Origin: Octopus vulgaris | Taxonomy: Eukaryota | NCBI GenBank assembly: GCA_951406725.2 | Contig: OX597828.1 | Span: forward strand, 48,174,001 to 48,238,000 | Length of the DNA stretch: 64,000 nt | Direction of reading: 5' to 3' | Part shown: piece after piece, positions 12,156 through 25,956 of the stretch | Numbering within the stretch: position 1 is the stretch's first letter | How the letters are laid out: each line of letters begins with the position of its first letter | Notes under the pieces: generated by a model | The model's input: the letters and a program-made list of their open reading frames with translations, nothing else | What the model was told of the DNA's origin: nothing | The model's database searches: none | Position numbers and translations under genes: made by a program

Positions 12156-12705
12156 TATGTGTGTGTGAATATATATATATATATATAAAATAACAATTTA
12201 ACAAATAAAACATATGCATACATACATCTATATGTATATATACATGCATATATATATATATATATATATATATGAGTACAGGACACCACAAATAAACGTA
12301 GAACACGAGAAACAAAAACATAAAAACAAACAAGGAAACGGACTTTTTTTAACAACGAAAAAACAGAGTACGAGACAAACAATACAAGGAATATTCCCCT
12401 TCATCAGCTGCCCCTGGTTCGACTCAATGTGTGTGGAGGAACAAATTCATTTCGATCATCAACTTACAGATATTACAATTTCATATTATTTATTAATTAT
12501 ATAATACAATAAATGAATTAATTGCATTGCAATTATAAGCATTTATGTATTTAGTATTTGGGTGCTTCACCAGTAGTATATTGGATAACTGATATCCCAT
12601 AGTGGGTTACCCTCATAACCCCTATCTTACTTTGTACTATACATCTATATATATATTTATGGTATATCACTTGTTCAACCCCCCACTCCCAACCTAGCTC
12701 GTGCA

Positions 12706-12745
<40 letters not shown>

Positions 12746-13979
12746 GCACGTATACATGCACACAAACAACTATTCATTTATTAGAGAAACTCAAAGTATG
12801 ACAGCAACATATAACTAATTAGCAGCACATAGACAAAGAGCGGATTACAGTCAGATGTTTAACGTGAGCTTAATTTCCATGGCACAGTCTTTCACAATGA
12901 GCATCTCTCAACTTCCTGCATACTTTACCTGGTTCCAATTAGCAGGCAGGTGTAGACAAATTCCAGTGCATTGACTATGTGTTTGTGTGTGGGTGTCAGC
13001 CTTAGTATATATGTGTTGCGTATATTTTCATATATCTGAATGTAGACACCTTTGTGCTTCTATGCATCTGTATATATGTGTACATGAGTGCATGCTTGCA
13101 TATTTTATGTCCTCCCATCTCCCTCTCTCACACATACATACATAGACACATTTACATATAAGCATGCGCATATGCACGAAGAATACACATAACTGAGCAA
13201 GAGTGTGTGCAAATGAAAGATGCTTGGGAGAGAGAGAGAGAGGTAGGAAGAGAGGGAGAAAGTGGGGGAGAGAACAGGGAAGAGAGAAGGAGGAAGATGG
13301 GTTTTTGAAGAAAGTGCATATTTGGGTGAGAAAGAGAGAGAACAAACAAGATAAACAGAATCTTTTGGTTTGATGCCAAAGAGAGCAAGAGTACAGGCCA
13401 TAGACAGTTTGGCATCAAGTGGTTGGCTGGAAGCAACAATTCCTGCATGTCTGATTGGTAAATAATGGTGTGTTTGTGCTTACACTTATCACTGGACTAA
13501 CAACACTGTACCAAACCTTTTAGACAAACCACACAAGATTAAAGTAGTGGCTGCTATTGTTTAACCCCAGGTGAGTCCAGGAATAGCAGACCTATAAATC
13601 TAAGACCAGTGAGCCAGCCCCAGACCACTATATTACTTCCAGACTGTGTGCATTCAGTGTATTATCCAATATATCCATCCCAGTTTTAGATGGTGGAATA
13701 CAAGAAGGGAGATTTGGCTGCTTTTTCTAATAAACTGTTTGATGACATAAATGCTACTTCACTGGTGTACCTCGAAGCACATAGCTGTAGTTTAGACGGC
13801 CCCTTTGAAATAGTTATGTAATCAAGGGTGGAAACACAAATTTTAAAAGTAGTGACCTCACTCTCTAATTTGTCAGCCTGACAAGACAGAGAGTGAGGAA
13901 GGTTCCATGGGGTCATTTGTCCAGTTGCATTCCGATTTTATTATTAGCCCTGTCTCATCTCTCCACACACTGGAGAGAT

Positions 13980-14190
13980 ATATGCACACACATATGTACA
14001 TATACATATACATGTGTATATATATATATACACATATACACACATATATATACATTCACATATAAATACACACATACATATACATACACACATACATACA
14101 TACATACACATATACACACACATATACAAACACATACATACATACACACACATTTATACGCACACATATAATACACTCATGCATACACAC
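13980..14190. repeat. (TA)/(CA) compound microsatellite
   Basis: Directly visible. Similar tracts at 17970-18020, 20160-20385, 28450-28790, 32300-32510, 51700-52030, 52860-53040 and 61290-61530. Confidence 0.95.
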
Positions 14191-15272
14191 ATTAAATCAA
14201 TGAAGAAGGCCATTACTATAAATCTGTGTAACAATTTATTTCATTTATTGTCCATGACAAATTGTTTACATAACCAATAATTTGAGATAAAATGCCCTAT
14301 TCATAGTTTGAAACATTATTACAGGGCATCAGATATTCTCGCACACTTACCCCTCTCATTAAAGTCAACATCTATCATTGTACCATCTTCATTAGGGGAA
14401 TTTTATTGCGAACAGAGACCTCTAATAGGCCTCCATATGAATATGAAACTAGTTACATACAATTCCCTTTTCAGGTGTTGAGCAAGAGATTTGCTGAACT
14501 CATCACCTTTATCATTTAACATCTGTCTTCCATGCTGGCATGGGTTGGACAGTTTACACAGGATCCAACCAGCCAGATGGCTGCATCAATCACAATGTCT
14601 GCTTTGGTACAGTTTCTTCAGCTTGATGCTCCTACTTAATGCCAGAATGCCCTACTATCCTTAGTGAAGGGCATTCTAATTTTATTGAACTTGTATAACC
14701 AGTTCACCCTGAAATATATTCTGAATATTTTGACTCTATAATGCACAGATGTGTTTAAGAAGCTTGCTACATAATCATATGATCTTGGACTCAGTCTCAC
14801 CGTATAGCACTTTGGGAAAAATATCTTCTACTATAGCCCAAGACAAACCAAAGCCTTTTGAGTGGATTTGGTAGATGGAACCTGAAAGAAGCCCATTGTG
14901 TGTGTGTGTGTGTGTGTGTGCATAAACTAAATCTATAAATTGGCACACTGCCGCATATGATGATGAGGTGTTCCACTTGATCCAATCAACAGAACAGCCT
15001 GCTTGTGAAATTAACATGCATGTGGCCGAGCACTCTACAGACATGCGTACCCTTAACATAGCTCTCAGCGAGAGAGAGACTGAGTGTCACACAGAATGTG
15101 GCAAAGCTGGCCCTATGAATTACAGGTATAACTCATTTTTGCCAGCTGAGTGGACTGGAGCAATATAAAATAAAGCATCTTGCTCAAGGACACGGTGCAT
15201 TGCCAGGTATCTAACTGACAACCTAATGATAGTGAGCTGAATACATTTACCACTAAGCCACATACCTGTATG

Positions 15273-15648
15273 TCATCATCATCATCAGCATCAACATCTG
15301 TTTTCCATGCTAGCATGGGTTGGACAGTTAGACCGGGGTCTGGGAAGCCAGGAGGCTGCACCAGGCTCCAGTCTGATCTGGCAGTGTTTCTACAGCTGGA
15401 TGCCTTTCCTAATGCCAACTACTCCGTGAGTGTAGTGGGTGCTTTTTATGTGCCAGGGGAGGCCGGAAGCAAGCAACGATTGGTAGGTGCTTTTTATATG
15501 CCACCGGCACAGAAGCCAGTCAAGGCGGCGCTGGCATTGGCCACGTTCGGATGGTGCTTTTTATGTGCCACCGGCACAGGTATCACAACTACAATTTCCA
15601 TTTGATATTTATTTTGATGTTGATGTACTTGACTCAATAGGTCTCCTC
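15273..15648 (-). mobile_element. RTE LINE 3' UTR copy with three internal repeat units
   Basis: (CAT)n tail, TTCCATGCTAGCATGG, GGATGCCTTTCCTAATGCCAAC and three GGTGCTTTTTA(T/C)GTGCCA-like blocks; homologous to 6262-6523. Confidence 0.85.
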
Positions 15649-16083
15649 ACCAACATATGCTCAAATAACACAAGAGCATACTCTGGCATGCAGTCTACAG
15701 TTCACTGTAGGCACTCAAGGTCTAAGGTAGCAAAGGTTTCAAGTGTGGTATAGTATAAATAATTACACAAATGGGCTGAGGTTCACTACATCTGTTTCAG
15801 AAGTATTTTTGTGTGTGTGTATGTATGTGAATATATGTGTGTGTGTGTGTGTATTCTGGCTATTTCGTCATGTTGAACTGTTAATCCTGACACACTTTTT
15901 CTCTCTCCATTTCTTTTCATTCTTCCCAAGCGGTTAACTGATACACCTGCTTGTCGTTCCTACACCTGTCTTTGTCTTTTGTAAATTTGAATTATATATG
16001 TGTCATTTGTTATTTAAACTGAATTGAATTTATCATTGTTCAGTTTATTTTGTTTTTCTATTTCTGATTATATATATGTATGC

Positions 16084-16115
<32 letters not shown>

Positions 16116-16127
16116 ATTTTGAAGTAT

Positions 16128-16303
16128 ATAATCAAGGGCGCTAGAATGCCAATGTCTATACGCTAGACGTAGATGCCAAATGCCTACAATCCACTCTAAA
16201 TTTGTTCTCTATTTGTAAACAGAGAACAAATTCAGAGTGGATTGTAGACATTTGACATCTACTTCTAGCATATAGAAATTGGCATTCCAGCCCCCAAATT
16301 ATA
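16128..16303. mobile_element. Spacerless palindromic element (~88-bp arms) in a microsatellite
   Basis: Symmetric about 16215/16216: CTAGAATGCCAATGTCTATA...TTTGTTCTCT versus AGAGAACAAA...TATAGAAATTGGCATTCCAG; mismatches are mostly transitions. Confidence 0.85.
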
Positions 16304-16956
16304 ATTATATATTTATAATTATATACTGAAAAATTAATTTTACTAATATGGTGGTTCTTTTATATGCTAGCCAGCGATTTAATCATTTTAATGATTATAT
16401 CCTCAATTTATAAATAAATATATATGTGTGTGTGTGTATACTTTTGTCTAGACAAAATGAGCATGATTGTCATACAAGCTAGTTTGTTCATTTCCAGTCA
16501 ATCTATGGGAAAATATTACTTCGCTTGTAAACAAGTGAGGGTTGGTCCAGAAAGTGCATAATGGCCATAGAAAAGCAGCCTTAACAAATTCCAGCTGACC
16601 CATGAAAGCATGGAAAAGTGATTAGGAAGAATCCATTCAAAAAGAAGCAAAAAGAAGTGAAAGTGAAAAAGAAACATTACTGATGCTTTGATAACAAGGT
16701 AGAGGGAACTTCAATAAGGTTGTCACTCAATGCCAGGAAGAGATATAGGCAACCAGTACCAAGAAATCTTTGGAGAGAATGTTCTTGCAAGAGTTTAACA
16801 ATGGATAGAGTGAAGTCTAAAGAATACGTGAAGTCCTGCAATAATTTTAAAAGCTAAGAACAGGGTGTTTTCATCATTATCATCATCATCATTTCATGTC
16901 CATTTTCCATGCTGACAAGTTGGAGAGCAGGTTTTGGCATAGTTTCTATGGCCAGA

Positions 16957-17115
16957 TCATCATCATCGTTTAACGTCTGTTCTCCATGCTAGCATGGGTT
17001 TGACGGTTTGACCGGGGATCTGGAAAGCCAGAAGGCTGCACCAGGCTCCAGTCTGATCTGGCACTGTTTCTACAGCTGGATGCCCTTCCTAACGCCAACC
17101 ACTCCGTGAGTGTAG
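16957..17115 (-). mobile_element. 5'-truncated RTE 3' end next to an older copy
   Basis: Same tail and motifs as 34045-34399. Confidence 0.85.
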
Positions 17116-17487
17116 ATGATATTGTAAAAACTAACTACTTTACAGAGTGTACTGGATGCATTTGAAGTAGCACCAGCACTTTTTATATGGCACCAGCATT
17201 TTGTGCAAAGCAGCAACACAAACAACTTTTTATGGAAACTGAATGAATTAAGCTGTAAGATAAATCTGCACTGTACTGATTTCTTAATTTATTTCACTGG
17301 TATAAAAAATACTTTCAAAACATACCCCAAGTATTTTACTTTTAAAATATGCACATACATACACACCCCTCACTGGTCTTGAATCAAGCGCTGGAGGAAT
17401 GGTAGAGGTCACAAAAGATTATCTGAAGAATTCTATAGATAACTCAGCGGAAGACTGAACCTATATTGCAACAGTATGAAAGTGTGA

Positions 17488-17542
<55 letters not shown>

Positions 17543-17970
17543 GAGGTTAGATTTTAAGGAATGTCTGCTAGAGAAACAGATCTTGTGTAAATAGTTCAGT
17601 GTATGGCAGGTGGAGGGATGTAGGAGAGGAGAGGGGACAGATAAATACAGGATGTGTGTATGTTTGTTTGCCTGAGACTTCTTTCACTCTAAATTTCTGC
17701 TTCTCACACAAACACAAATGCATATAAGGGGAGGGAAAAAGAGAGAAGAGGCTGGGTGCAATGAGATAGGAGACTGACTTAGATACAAGCTGGATGGTCT
17801 GTGGGGGTGCAGAGGAATGAGGGTGGTGATGTAGTAAACCCCGGTAGACCACCCCAGAAACATTCTATGATATTAAGCAACTCCCTCCCTCCCATCCAGC
17901 AATGAACCAACTCCTGAAACCGGAATCAAATATTTTTTCGCTTTAAAAATAGTGGTTCATGATTTAATGA

Positions 17971-18011
<41 letters not shown>

Positions 18012-18564
18012 TATATATATATTTCTGGGGATGGGGTTGGATGGATTGATGGAAGTATAGCAGAAACAGGTTGGTGCTTTGTCCGCAAACAAAAATGGTA
18101 TGAAGGTTTATGGTGGGGTGGAAGAGAAAATCTTCCATTGAAGCGTTATTACATATTTTAACCTATATAAACACAACTGGGATAATCCATTATCTTTGAT
18201 TAATGAGATCAGAATCTATTTTTACAGAATTTTAAAATAATAACACTTTTATATTTTCTTTGTATATTGTAAAATGGCTGTCTTCTTCAATTAAAATGGA
18301 GGCATGAGTAGGCGTGCAGAATTTATTTTAACTCTGAATTTTTAATTCAAATCTCGCTGAGGTCAACTTTGCCTTTCATCCTTTTAAGGATCATCATTAT
18401 CATTTAATGTCAGTTTACCATGCTGTTATGGGTTGTGTGGTTTGACCAGAGGTGACAAGCTGGAGAGATGGATCAGGTTCTGATCAGATCTGGTTTGGTT
18501 TCCGTGGCCAAATTCCCTTCCTAATCCTAACCACTTTACAGAGTGAGTTGGGTGTCCATGATGT

Positions 18565-18837
18565 GGCACCAGCATGGGTGCCTTTCATGCGGCACCAGCA
18601 TGGGTGCCTTTCATGCGGCACCAGCACGGGTGCCTTTCACATCACACCAGCATGGGCGCCTTTCATGTGACAGCAGCATGGGCACCTTTCATGTGACACC
18701 AGTACAGGTGCCTTTGACATGACACCAGTACGGGTGCCTTTCAAGCGGCACCAGTACGGGTGCCTTTCATGTGACACCAGTACAGGTGCCTTTCACATGA
18801 CACCAGTACGAGTTCCTTTTATGTGGCACTGGCATGG
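18565..18837. repeat. 26-bp minisatellite (~10.5 copies, GGCACCAGCATGGGTGCCTTTCATGC) inside an RTE 3' UTR copy
   Basis: Exact 26-nt period from 18565; preceded by a decayed RTE tail at 18392-18560. Confidence 0.92.
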
Positions 18838-20173
18838 TGGCTCTTGTAAAGCAAAAACCCCTTCAGCTGGGAGGGGAGCATTACCAATTCTGCTATATTA
18901 TTAATCCAGGACGGTAGATTGGTGAAACTATAAGAATGTCAAACCAAATACTTGCAGTATTTGTTCCAGCCCTTTATGCTATGTGTTAAAATTCCCCCAT
19001 GGTCTATTTGGGAGTTCCCTGAATGCCTTTAACAGAGACCCTGCTGCAGCAAGGATTCAGACCAGGTCTCTAGTTTAAAGGCCAACCCTTTCTTCTGTCC
19101 CTTCTTCCCACCAATCTTGGAGGCCCCATAAAAATGTAAAGGAAACTGTTTCACTTTCTGACTGAAACATTTGAAAGCAAAACAACTGGCAAATCAGGTG
19201 TAAATTGTGTTTAAAACTCATCAGAATACCTTCCGCTTCTCTCTGCTGATTGCAATTATTGTGCAATGCAATTTTAATAGAGAATTTGGAGAACAAAGAT
19301 AAGGAAGAAGGAACAATTAAAAGAAGAACAAGCTAATTTTGGATTTAATTAATTCAATAAGCGATATATGCTGCACTTTCAATAATTAGATACTGGCTGG
19401 TTTGTTGTTACATTCAAAGACTAAGTAACACTCTGAACAGCTGCACCCCTGTTAGCTATATTACACACAATTTTACCACATCTGACAATAAGCAGTGAGA
19501 GTAGCCAACGAAGGAGGTCTCTATGTGGTCACTCAACTGGCCAGAAATAGCAGCCTATAGCTTCCTCAAAATTATACACAACTGTACAAAAAAAATGAAG
19601 CAAACATTGGCATATGTAGTCCCCTTCTTTAGCATTTAAACCTGCCATATCCAGTCAAGATATTCTACCTGCTTTATATTCAAACTGGCCAGACTCAAGG
19701 TTTCTCACTTACCCTACAATGTCATTGTAAAAATAAACAATCCCATCATCAAAATCTTGAAACTATAAGATAATACATGTATAATTCAAAGTAACGTGGA
19801 TAAATAAGCCTTACGTTTGACAGAATAACCTGAATGTTAAAGGGTTAAGTCTGGGTTTTCTTTGCTGGCTTGGGTTAGATGGATTTTGCATGGCAGTGTT
19901 ATAAAACATACACAGAGATATAAAGAACTTAATTTAAAACCAACATGTCCATCTTTTATATTTTTTTTTTTCAAAAAGCAAGATACGATTGGAGGAAGAT
20001 TTTGTTGCTATTTGTAGCAGATCAAGTAACAAGACAGAGGCTCCCTTTTCGGCTCATCACTTCACGAGACAGATTTGACATTAAGATTAGCTTTATAATA
20101 CACAACAATACAGAGCAACTGGATTAACTTACTCTCCCTCTCTGCGTGTGTCTATATTTAATATATATATATA

Positions 20174-20235
<62 letters not shown>

Positions 20236-20236
20236 C

Positions 20237-20271
<35 letters not shown>

Positions 20272-20340
20272 CACACACATATCTACACACACATACATAT
20301 GACATACATGAATATACATATGTTCACATACATATATGAC

Positions 20341-20387
<47 letters not shown>

Positions 20388-20821
20388 ATAGACACACAAA
20401 AACATAAAACTGCATGTATACACACACATGCATGTATGTGTGTATGTATGATGTCATTGCATAGAAAAATGCCTTCCAAGCAGAAAGTGGATTATAGAAA
20501 TAACCAGGAAGAACGTAAAAGAAAGTCTTTGAAGACTTCAAGAACAGTAAAGCTATTAAGCACACAGTGTCACTTGACCGATTGTAAACAAATACAGCTT
20601 ATTAAAGATTAAAAAAATCTAAGGAGTAATGGAAAGTAGGACATGTAATGGCACTTAAAGAATTCTTCTGAGTAATTGTAACACTGTCGATAACGCATTA
20701 CAGCGCCAACACAAGATGTGTGAGTTCAATTTCCACCAGCTGCTCGCTTTTGGAATTGCTCTTCGTCACCATTTCTTTATAAGTCTGCTTTTCTTGTTGG
20801 CATGGCTTGGATGAGTCATCA

Positions 20822-21017
20822 GGCGCAGGAGTGGCTGTGTGGTAAGTAGCTTGCTTACGAACCACATGGTTCTGGGTTCAGTCCCACTGCGTGGCACCTT
20901 GGGCAGGTGTCTTCTAGTATAGTCTCGGGCCAATCAAAGCCTTGTGAATGGATTTGGTAGATGGAAACTGAAAGAAGTCCGTTGTATATATGTATGTATG
21001 CATGTGTGTGTGTGTAT

Positions 21018-21077
<60 letters not shown>

Positions 21078-21322
21078 TGTATTTATGTGTCTGTGTTTGT
21101 CCCCCCCCCCACATCACTTGACAACCGATGCTGGTATCTTTACATCCCCGTAAAAGCTCCCAGCACACTCTGCAAAGTGGTTGGCATCAGGAAGGGCATC
21201 CAGCCATAGAAACCATACCAAGACAAACAATGGAGCCTGGTGCAGCTCCCCAGCTTACCAGCTCTGGTCAAACTGCCCAACCCATGCCAGCATGGACAAC
21301 AGATGTTAAATGATGATGATAA
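20822..21322 (+). mobile_element. CORE-like SINE (20822-21152) fused to an RTE 3' end (~21150-21322)
   Basis: Head, microsatellite and part of the SINE tail, then GGAAGGGCATCCAGCC...GATGATGAT. Confidence 0.85.
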
Positions 21323-22481
21323 TGGGATTTTTATTTTTAAACATCAAAGTACAGTAAAATGAAAATTTAAAGGGGTCTGTGGGTAAAAAAATGGCTTTGA
21401 TCGACATCACTGGTCTGACTCAAAGACATCACTGAAACCATCTACTTATTCCAGCCACCACTGGACAGGCAGGTGATGGTAGTGGTGGTGGTGGTGGTTG
21501 GTGGAGGGGAAGGAATTGAGTCATAAAAACTGTAAAATATCAAGAGATTAATCTGAAGGCTGTAAGTGATGAGGGTTGGGCATTAAGGGTTAAAAGGAGA
21601 GAGGGCTAGAGGGTTGCAAACAGGTAGTAAACAGGCAGGTAGGAAGGAAAGAGGGGGAGAGAGAGAGAGAAAGGAATGTCGGGGAGGGGGGATTGAATTA
21701 GGGGGGGGGGAAAGAGTGATACAGGTACTATGTATAAGATTGATGTAAAAATGGAGTAGTCATAGTAGTAGCAGTGACATATAGAGAAAAATATGAATAG
21801 GTGTTATTTGCTTGTCTTGTCTTCTAGTTGATTTTCTGTCAATTTACCCCCAGAGAAGATGGCCATGTAATGATTTTATTGTCGGGGGAGGGAGGGAGGG
21901 AAGGAAGGAGGGGTGTGTGAATGAGATGGCTACGTTGAAGAGATGGAGGAAGAGGGGGTAAAATGTGATGGCTGCACTGAGGAGAGGCAGACGAGAGGGG
22001 GGGGGGGAGTAATAGAAAATGATGGCTGTACTTCAGAAGGGAGGGAGGGAGGGAAGATGGGGGGGGGTTTATAAAATAATGGCTGAATTGTAGAGGAATG
22101 GACATAGGTGAACGTACTCAATTTAATACAGGATAAATGAGAATGGAGGGGAGCAGTGGGGTTCATGGGTGATTTTGTTCCAGAAGAGGAAGGGACAATG
22201 TACTTAGTAGTTTAGCGAGGGGCTTTTAAACTGGGGCAGAGGGTGGGTACAGACAACTGCGCACACAGCCATACACTTATAACCATGCATGAACACATAC
22301 ACACACACACACATACATAAAAAAAAACAAAAAACCCTACAACCACACTAGCAGATTCACAACCATGTAGTCTCAGTTTCTCTCTCACTAACTCACACAC
22401 CTGAAATCAGACCAACATCAATACCCCAAACACACACCTTCATGACTACACACAGACCAAAAACTATAAACATACACATGC

Positions 22482-22741
22482 TCTATCTTTCTCTCTCTCT
22501 CTCTCTCACTATCTTTCTCTCTCTCTCTCTCTCACTATCTTTCTCTCTCTCTCTCTCACTATCTTTCTCTCTCTCTCACTATCTTTCTCTCTCTCTCTCT
22601 CACTATCTCTCTCTCTCTCTCTCTCACTATCTTTCTCTCTCTCTCTCTCTCACTCTCTCACTATCTTTCTCTCTCTCTCTCTCACTATCTTTCTCTCTCT
22701 CTCTCTCACTATCTTTCTCTCTCTCTCTCTCTCACTATCTT

Positions 22742-22780
<39 letters not shown>
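22482..22780. repeat. (CT)n-derived minisatellite with CACTATCTTT interruptions, then (CA)n
   Basis: Directly visible. Confidence 0.95.
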
Positions 22781-23269
22781 TATCTATCCATCCTTCACAT
22801 AATTAAGATGTTGATAAATGGAAGAAAATGTAGAGGAATCGACACACGGCCAAAATTAGCAGTAATGTAGTTGGGGAAGAGGTGGGAGGGGTTTTGGTAA
22901 ACTGGAGGAGGTGGCAGTGGTGCTGGCGGTGACAAGGAGGGTGGACGGGCGGACGCTTGTTTAACAATGGAGAAAACAAAATCAATTTATCAAAGACAGA
23001 CAAAGTCGAAACACAAGAAGACACTTTTACAGATCTGTCTAGCCATTACAAACTTTTGTTTTAAATTTCTGTTTCTAATTTCAAACATGTCACACCTGTG
23101 GTTTCAAACTAATTTATGGCTTTGGAAAAATTTGTATGACAGACTAAGTGTCTGAGTCAAGGTAAATTAAAAATATTACAAGCAGTGCCTTAAAATGTGT
23201 ACAGCTGCGAGTGCATAGGTGTGTATGGTTGTAAGTGCATGTGTGTGTGTGTGTGTCCGTGTTCCTCCC

Positions 23270-23610
23270 TGCTGCATTTTGAATGCCCTCACTAAGCTTT
23301 TACTTTCAAGCTTTTAAAGGGAAGGGCACTGCCCATGTATTTTGTAATGTCAACACCTGGAGGGAAAATGTGAGCAAGGAGGAAATTCTAGAGGGTTGAT
23401 GTTCTGGGAAAGAAAAACTGATAGTAGGGATTTGTGGGGGACCTGGTGGGACTGGATACAAAAATCATGATGAGAGAAGACAGTACACCTGTGGGCCAAA
23501 GGCTGCAGAGTGTCTGTGAAGTGGGAGACAATGTAGGGTTAAGACGACTCTTTAAATCTGGCTGAGGAAATGAGAAACTCTCTGGAGTTGAAGCAACGAC
23601 AATGCATATT
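23270..23610 (-). mobile_element. Decayed Jockey-group (CR1/Zenon-like) LINE 3' remnant
   Basis: Minus-strand fragments TDTLQPLAHR and FFFPRTSTL*NFLLAHIFPP resemble the ORF2 C-terminal motif SFFPRTxxLWNxLP. Confidence 0.55.
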
Positions 23611-25379
23611 GAATACAGTCTGCAAAATGGTTTGTGTTAGGAAGGGCATCAAGGTGTAGAAACAGCATCATAAATGGTACGTATGAGTGAGATGTGGTCC
23701 TTCAACCCATTGAGGAGATGAGTAACCGATTCCGTATACAACAACTCATCCAACCCATGCAAACATAGAAAGTAAACGTAAAAGCAATGTTAGTAATGAC
23801 TAATAATGATGTAGAGCCACTAATTAAACTGCTCACACACACACCAATCTATTCATTCGACATGAAATTATTCTAACTCACAAATTTGAATTTTGTTAAT
23901 TTTCAGCCATGTAGAATATCACTACTTGTCCTGGCTTCTAGTTGTGGTTTTTTAAAGTTATATCTTGACATGTTCTAAAAATATTAGTGTGGTAAGAAGT
24001 TTGCTTTCCAACCACTTGGTTCCAGGTTCAGTCCCATTGCGTGGCACTCTGGGTGTCTTCTATTATAACCTTGGACTGACCAGAAACTGAAAGAAGTATG
24101 TTGTGTATGTGTTTGTGTGCTTGCTCCCCACTACTGCTTGACTACCAATGTTGGTGTGTTACGCCCTGTAACTTAGTGGTTTGGCAAAAGAATCCAATAG
24201 AATAAGTACCAAGCTTTAAAAAAACTATTAAGGCTGATTCATTTGACTAAAAAATTCTTCAAAGTGGTGCCCCAGCATGGCCACAGTCTAATCACTGAAA
24301 TAAATAAAAGATTTGTAGGAAATGTCATGCCATCTAATTGGTTGCTGATCAGCAATGATTCACTTACTGACTCACTTCAATCACTATTCACAGATGTGTG
24401 GTCTCTCCTCTCTGCTTTTAACACTGCTACAACAACATTGCCTGCTCTTTGGAACTAGCTAGCTGCATATCTTCACTAGCCAAATTGAGTGGACATTGAC
24501 TCTTCTCCTGCCTGCGCTTAAGTGAAGCAGCAGATAGCAGACTACATTGTTCTGGATGGCAAGGCAATGGGAAGACAGCCAGCTAATAATGCAGCTAGAG
24601 TGAGGGGGGATGGAGAGAAGGGAGTGATTGAAAGAGGGGGTGATGAAAAGAAAGGAATGACTGAGAGAGAGAGGGAGTGATGGAGAAAGAGAAAAACAGA
24701 GAATGACAAAGAGATAATTAAATACAGTATTGTAATGTTTAAAAGGCGAAAAAAGGAAAGAAGAAAACCTGCCCCAAATTCCCCAAAGTTTATGTAAATA
24801 ACTGTGATGTTAAAACGCCAGAGAAGTGCCAAGAGAATATCAATGGTAACTTTCTCACCCAAACAATAGGAAGGTGGGTGGATGGTATTGGCGGTGCTGA
24901 ACTGTGAAAAAAGGGGGGAGGGAGCTTTATCTTAATGAAATAGAGCGGAAAATGATGTGAACAGACTTGACTCTAGGCTCAATCAATTGAGGCTACTAAC
25001 ATAGTTATGGTCTTTTTTTTTATCATTTATTATGCATTTTTCTATTCTTTTCCTTTTTTTTATTATTATTATTATTTTTTCTTCAGAGAAATAAGGCTGA
25101 ATTGTGGAATGAAGTGGGTCTGGGGAGAGGTGAGGTGTGTATGCAATGATCTCTGGTTGGGAAATATTTCATTAAAAGAGTCTTTGAGGCTGATGCACAG
25201 ACAGACACATTGCAAAGCCTAGAAATAAGTCTGTTGGTTTAGTGGTGGTGGCGGTGGCTGCGGTAGTAACAACCATGGCTAAAGCTTCATAAGCAGACAC
25301 GACAGTATTGTTATCTTTAATGTAATAACAGCTGATATAGCTGTTGGTTGGTTGGTTGGTTTTGCCAGTCATGCTTTAT

Positions 25380-25878
25380 ATAGTTAGTTAGTTAAGTTAG
25401 TTAATATTTTGGCTCAAAAAGCGAAAAGCAAGGCCATGTAGGGGGACATGGAGTTATGTACAGGGTGGTGTTCATGTAAAGAGTTCAGGCCACTTGAGGT
25501 CAAGGGAGACTTTGAACCGAGCGGTCGTCGGCATCTTCACCAACTCGTCTGGCAGCTTATTCCACGGATTCGCAACCCGGACGGAGAAAGCCCCTCTCCT
25601 TCGATTGAGATGAAATAATCGCAGATAGAGCTTTTCGGAATGACCCTGCAGCCGACGCTCTGGGGCAGGAGTGAAGAACAGCTCTTTCGAGAGGTTACAC
25701 TTTCCGCTTATGATGTTGTGAGCAAGAATGAAATCTCCACGGCGTCGTCGTTTTTCTAGAGTATAATGGTCGAGCGTCTTCAGCCTTTCTTCATAAGACA
25801 AATTCTTGAGACCAAGAACCATGTGGGTAGCCAGCTTCTGGACTCTTTCGAGATGCTGTATGTCTTTGGGGAGATATG
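25380..25878 (-). mobile_element. CR1-type LINE, 5'-truncated (ORF2 C-terminus, 3' UTR stem-loop, (TAAC)n tail)
   Basis: YLPKDIQHLERVQKLAT...LSYEERLKTL..YTLEKRRRRGD...RRGAFSVRVANPWNKLP..* (stop 25472-25474) has no internal stops; hairpin CCATGT-CCCCCT-ACATGG; TAAC repeats. Confidence 0.9.
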
Positions 25879-25956
25879 ATATAGAGAGAAGGAGGAAAAG
25901 AGAGAGAGAGATACAAAGAGAGTTGACGTAAGAGGTATGGAATGAGTGCACATATA

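Noticed and set aside
12385-12410. CTGATGAAGG on the minus strand as a hammerhead
   Set aside because: No GAAA box after the hairpin; at best a decayed PLE-type fragment.
18565-18837. CRISPR-like palindromic array
   Set aside because: Units are contiguous with no unique spacers, there are no cas genes, and the context is a eukaryotic LINE.
21640-22070. G-run clusters as G-quadruplex regulatory elements
   Set aside because: Polypurine low-complexity sequence is common here; nothing indicates function.
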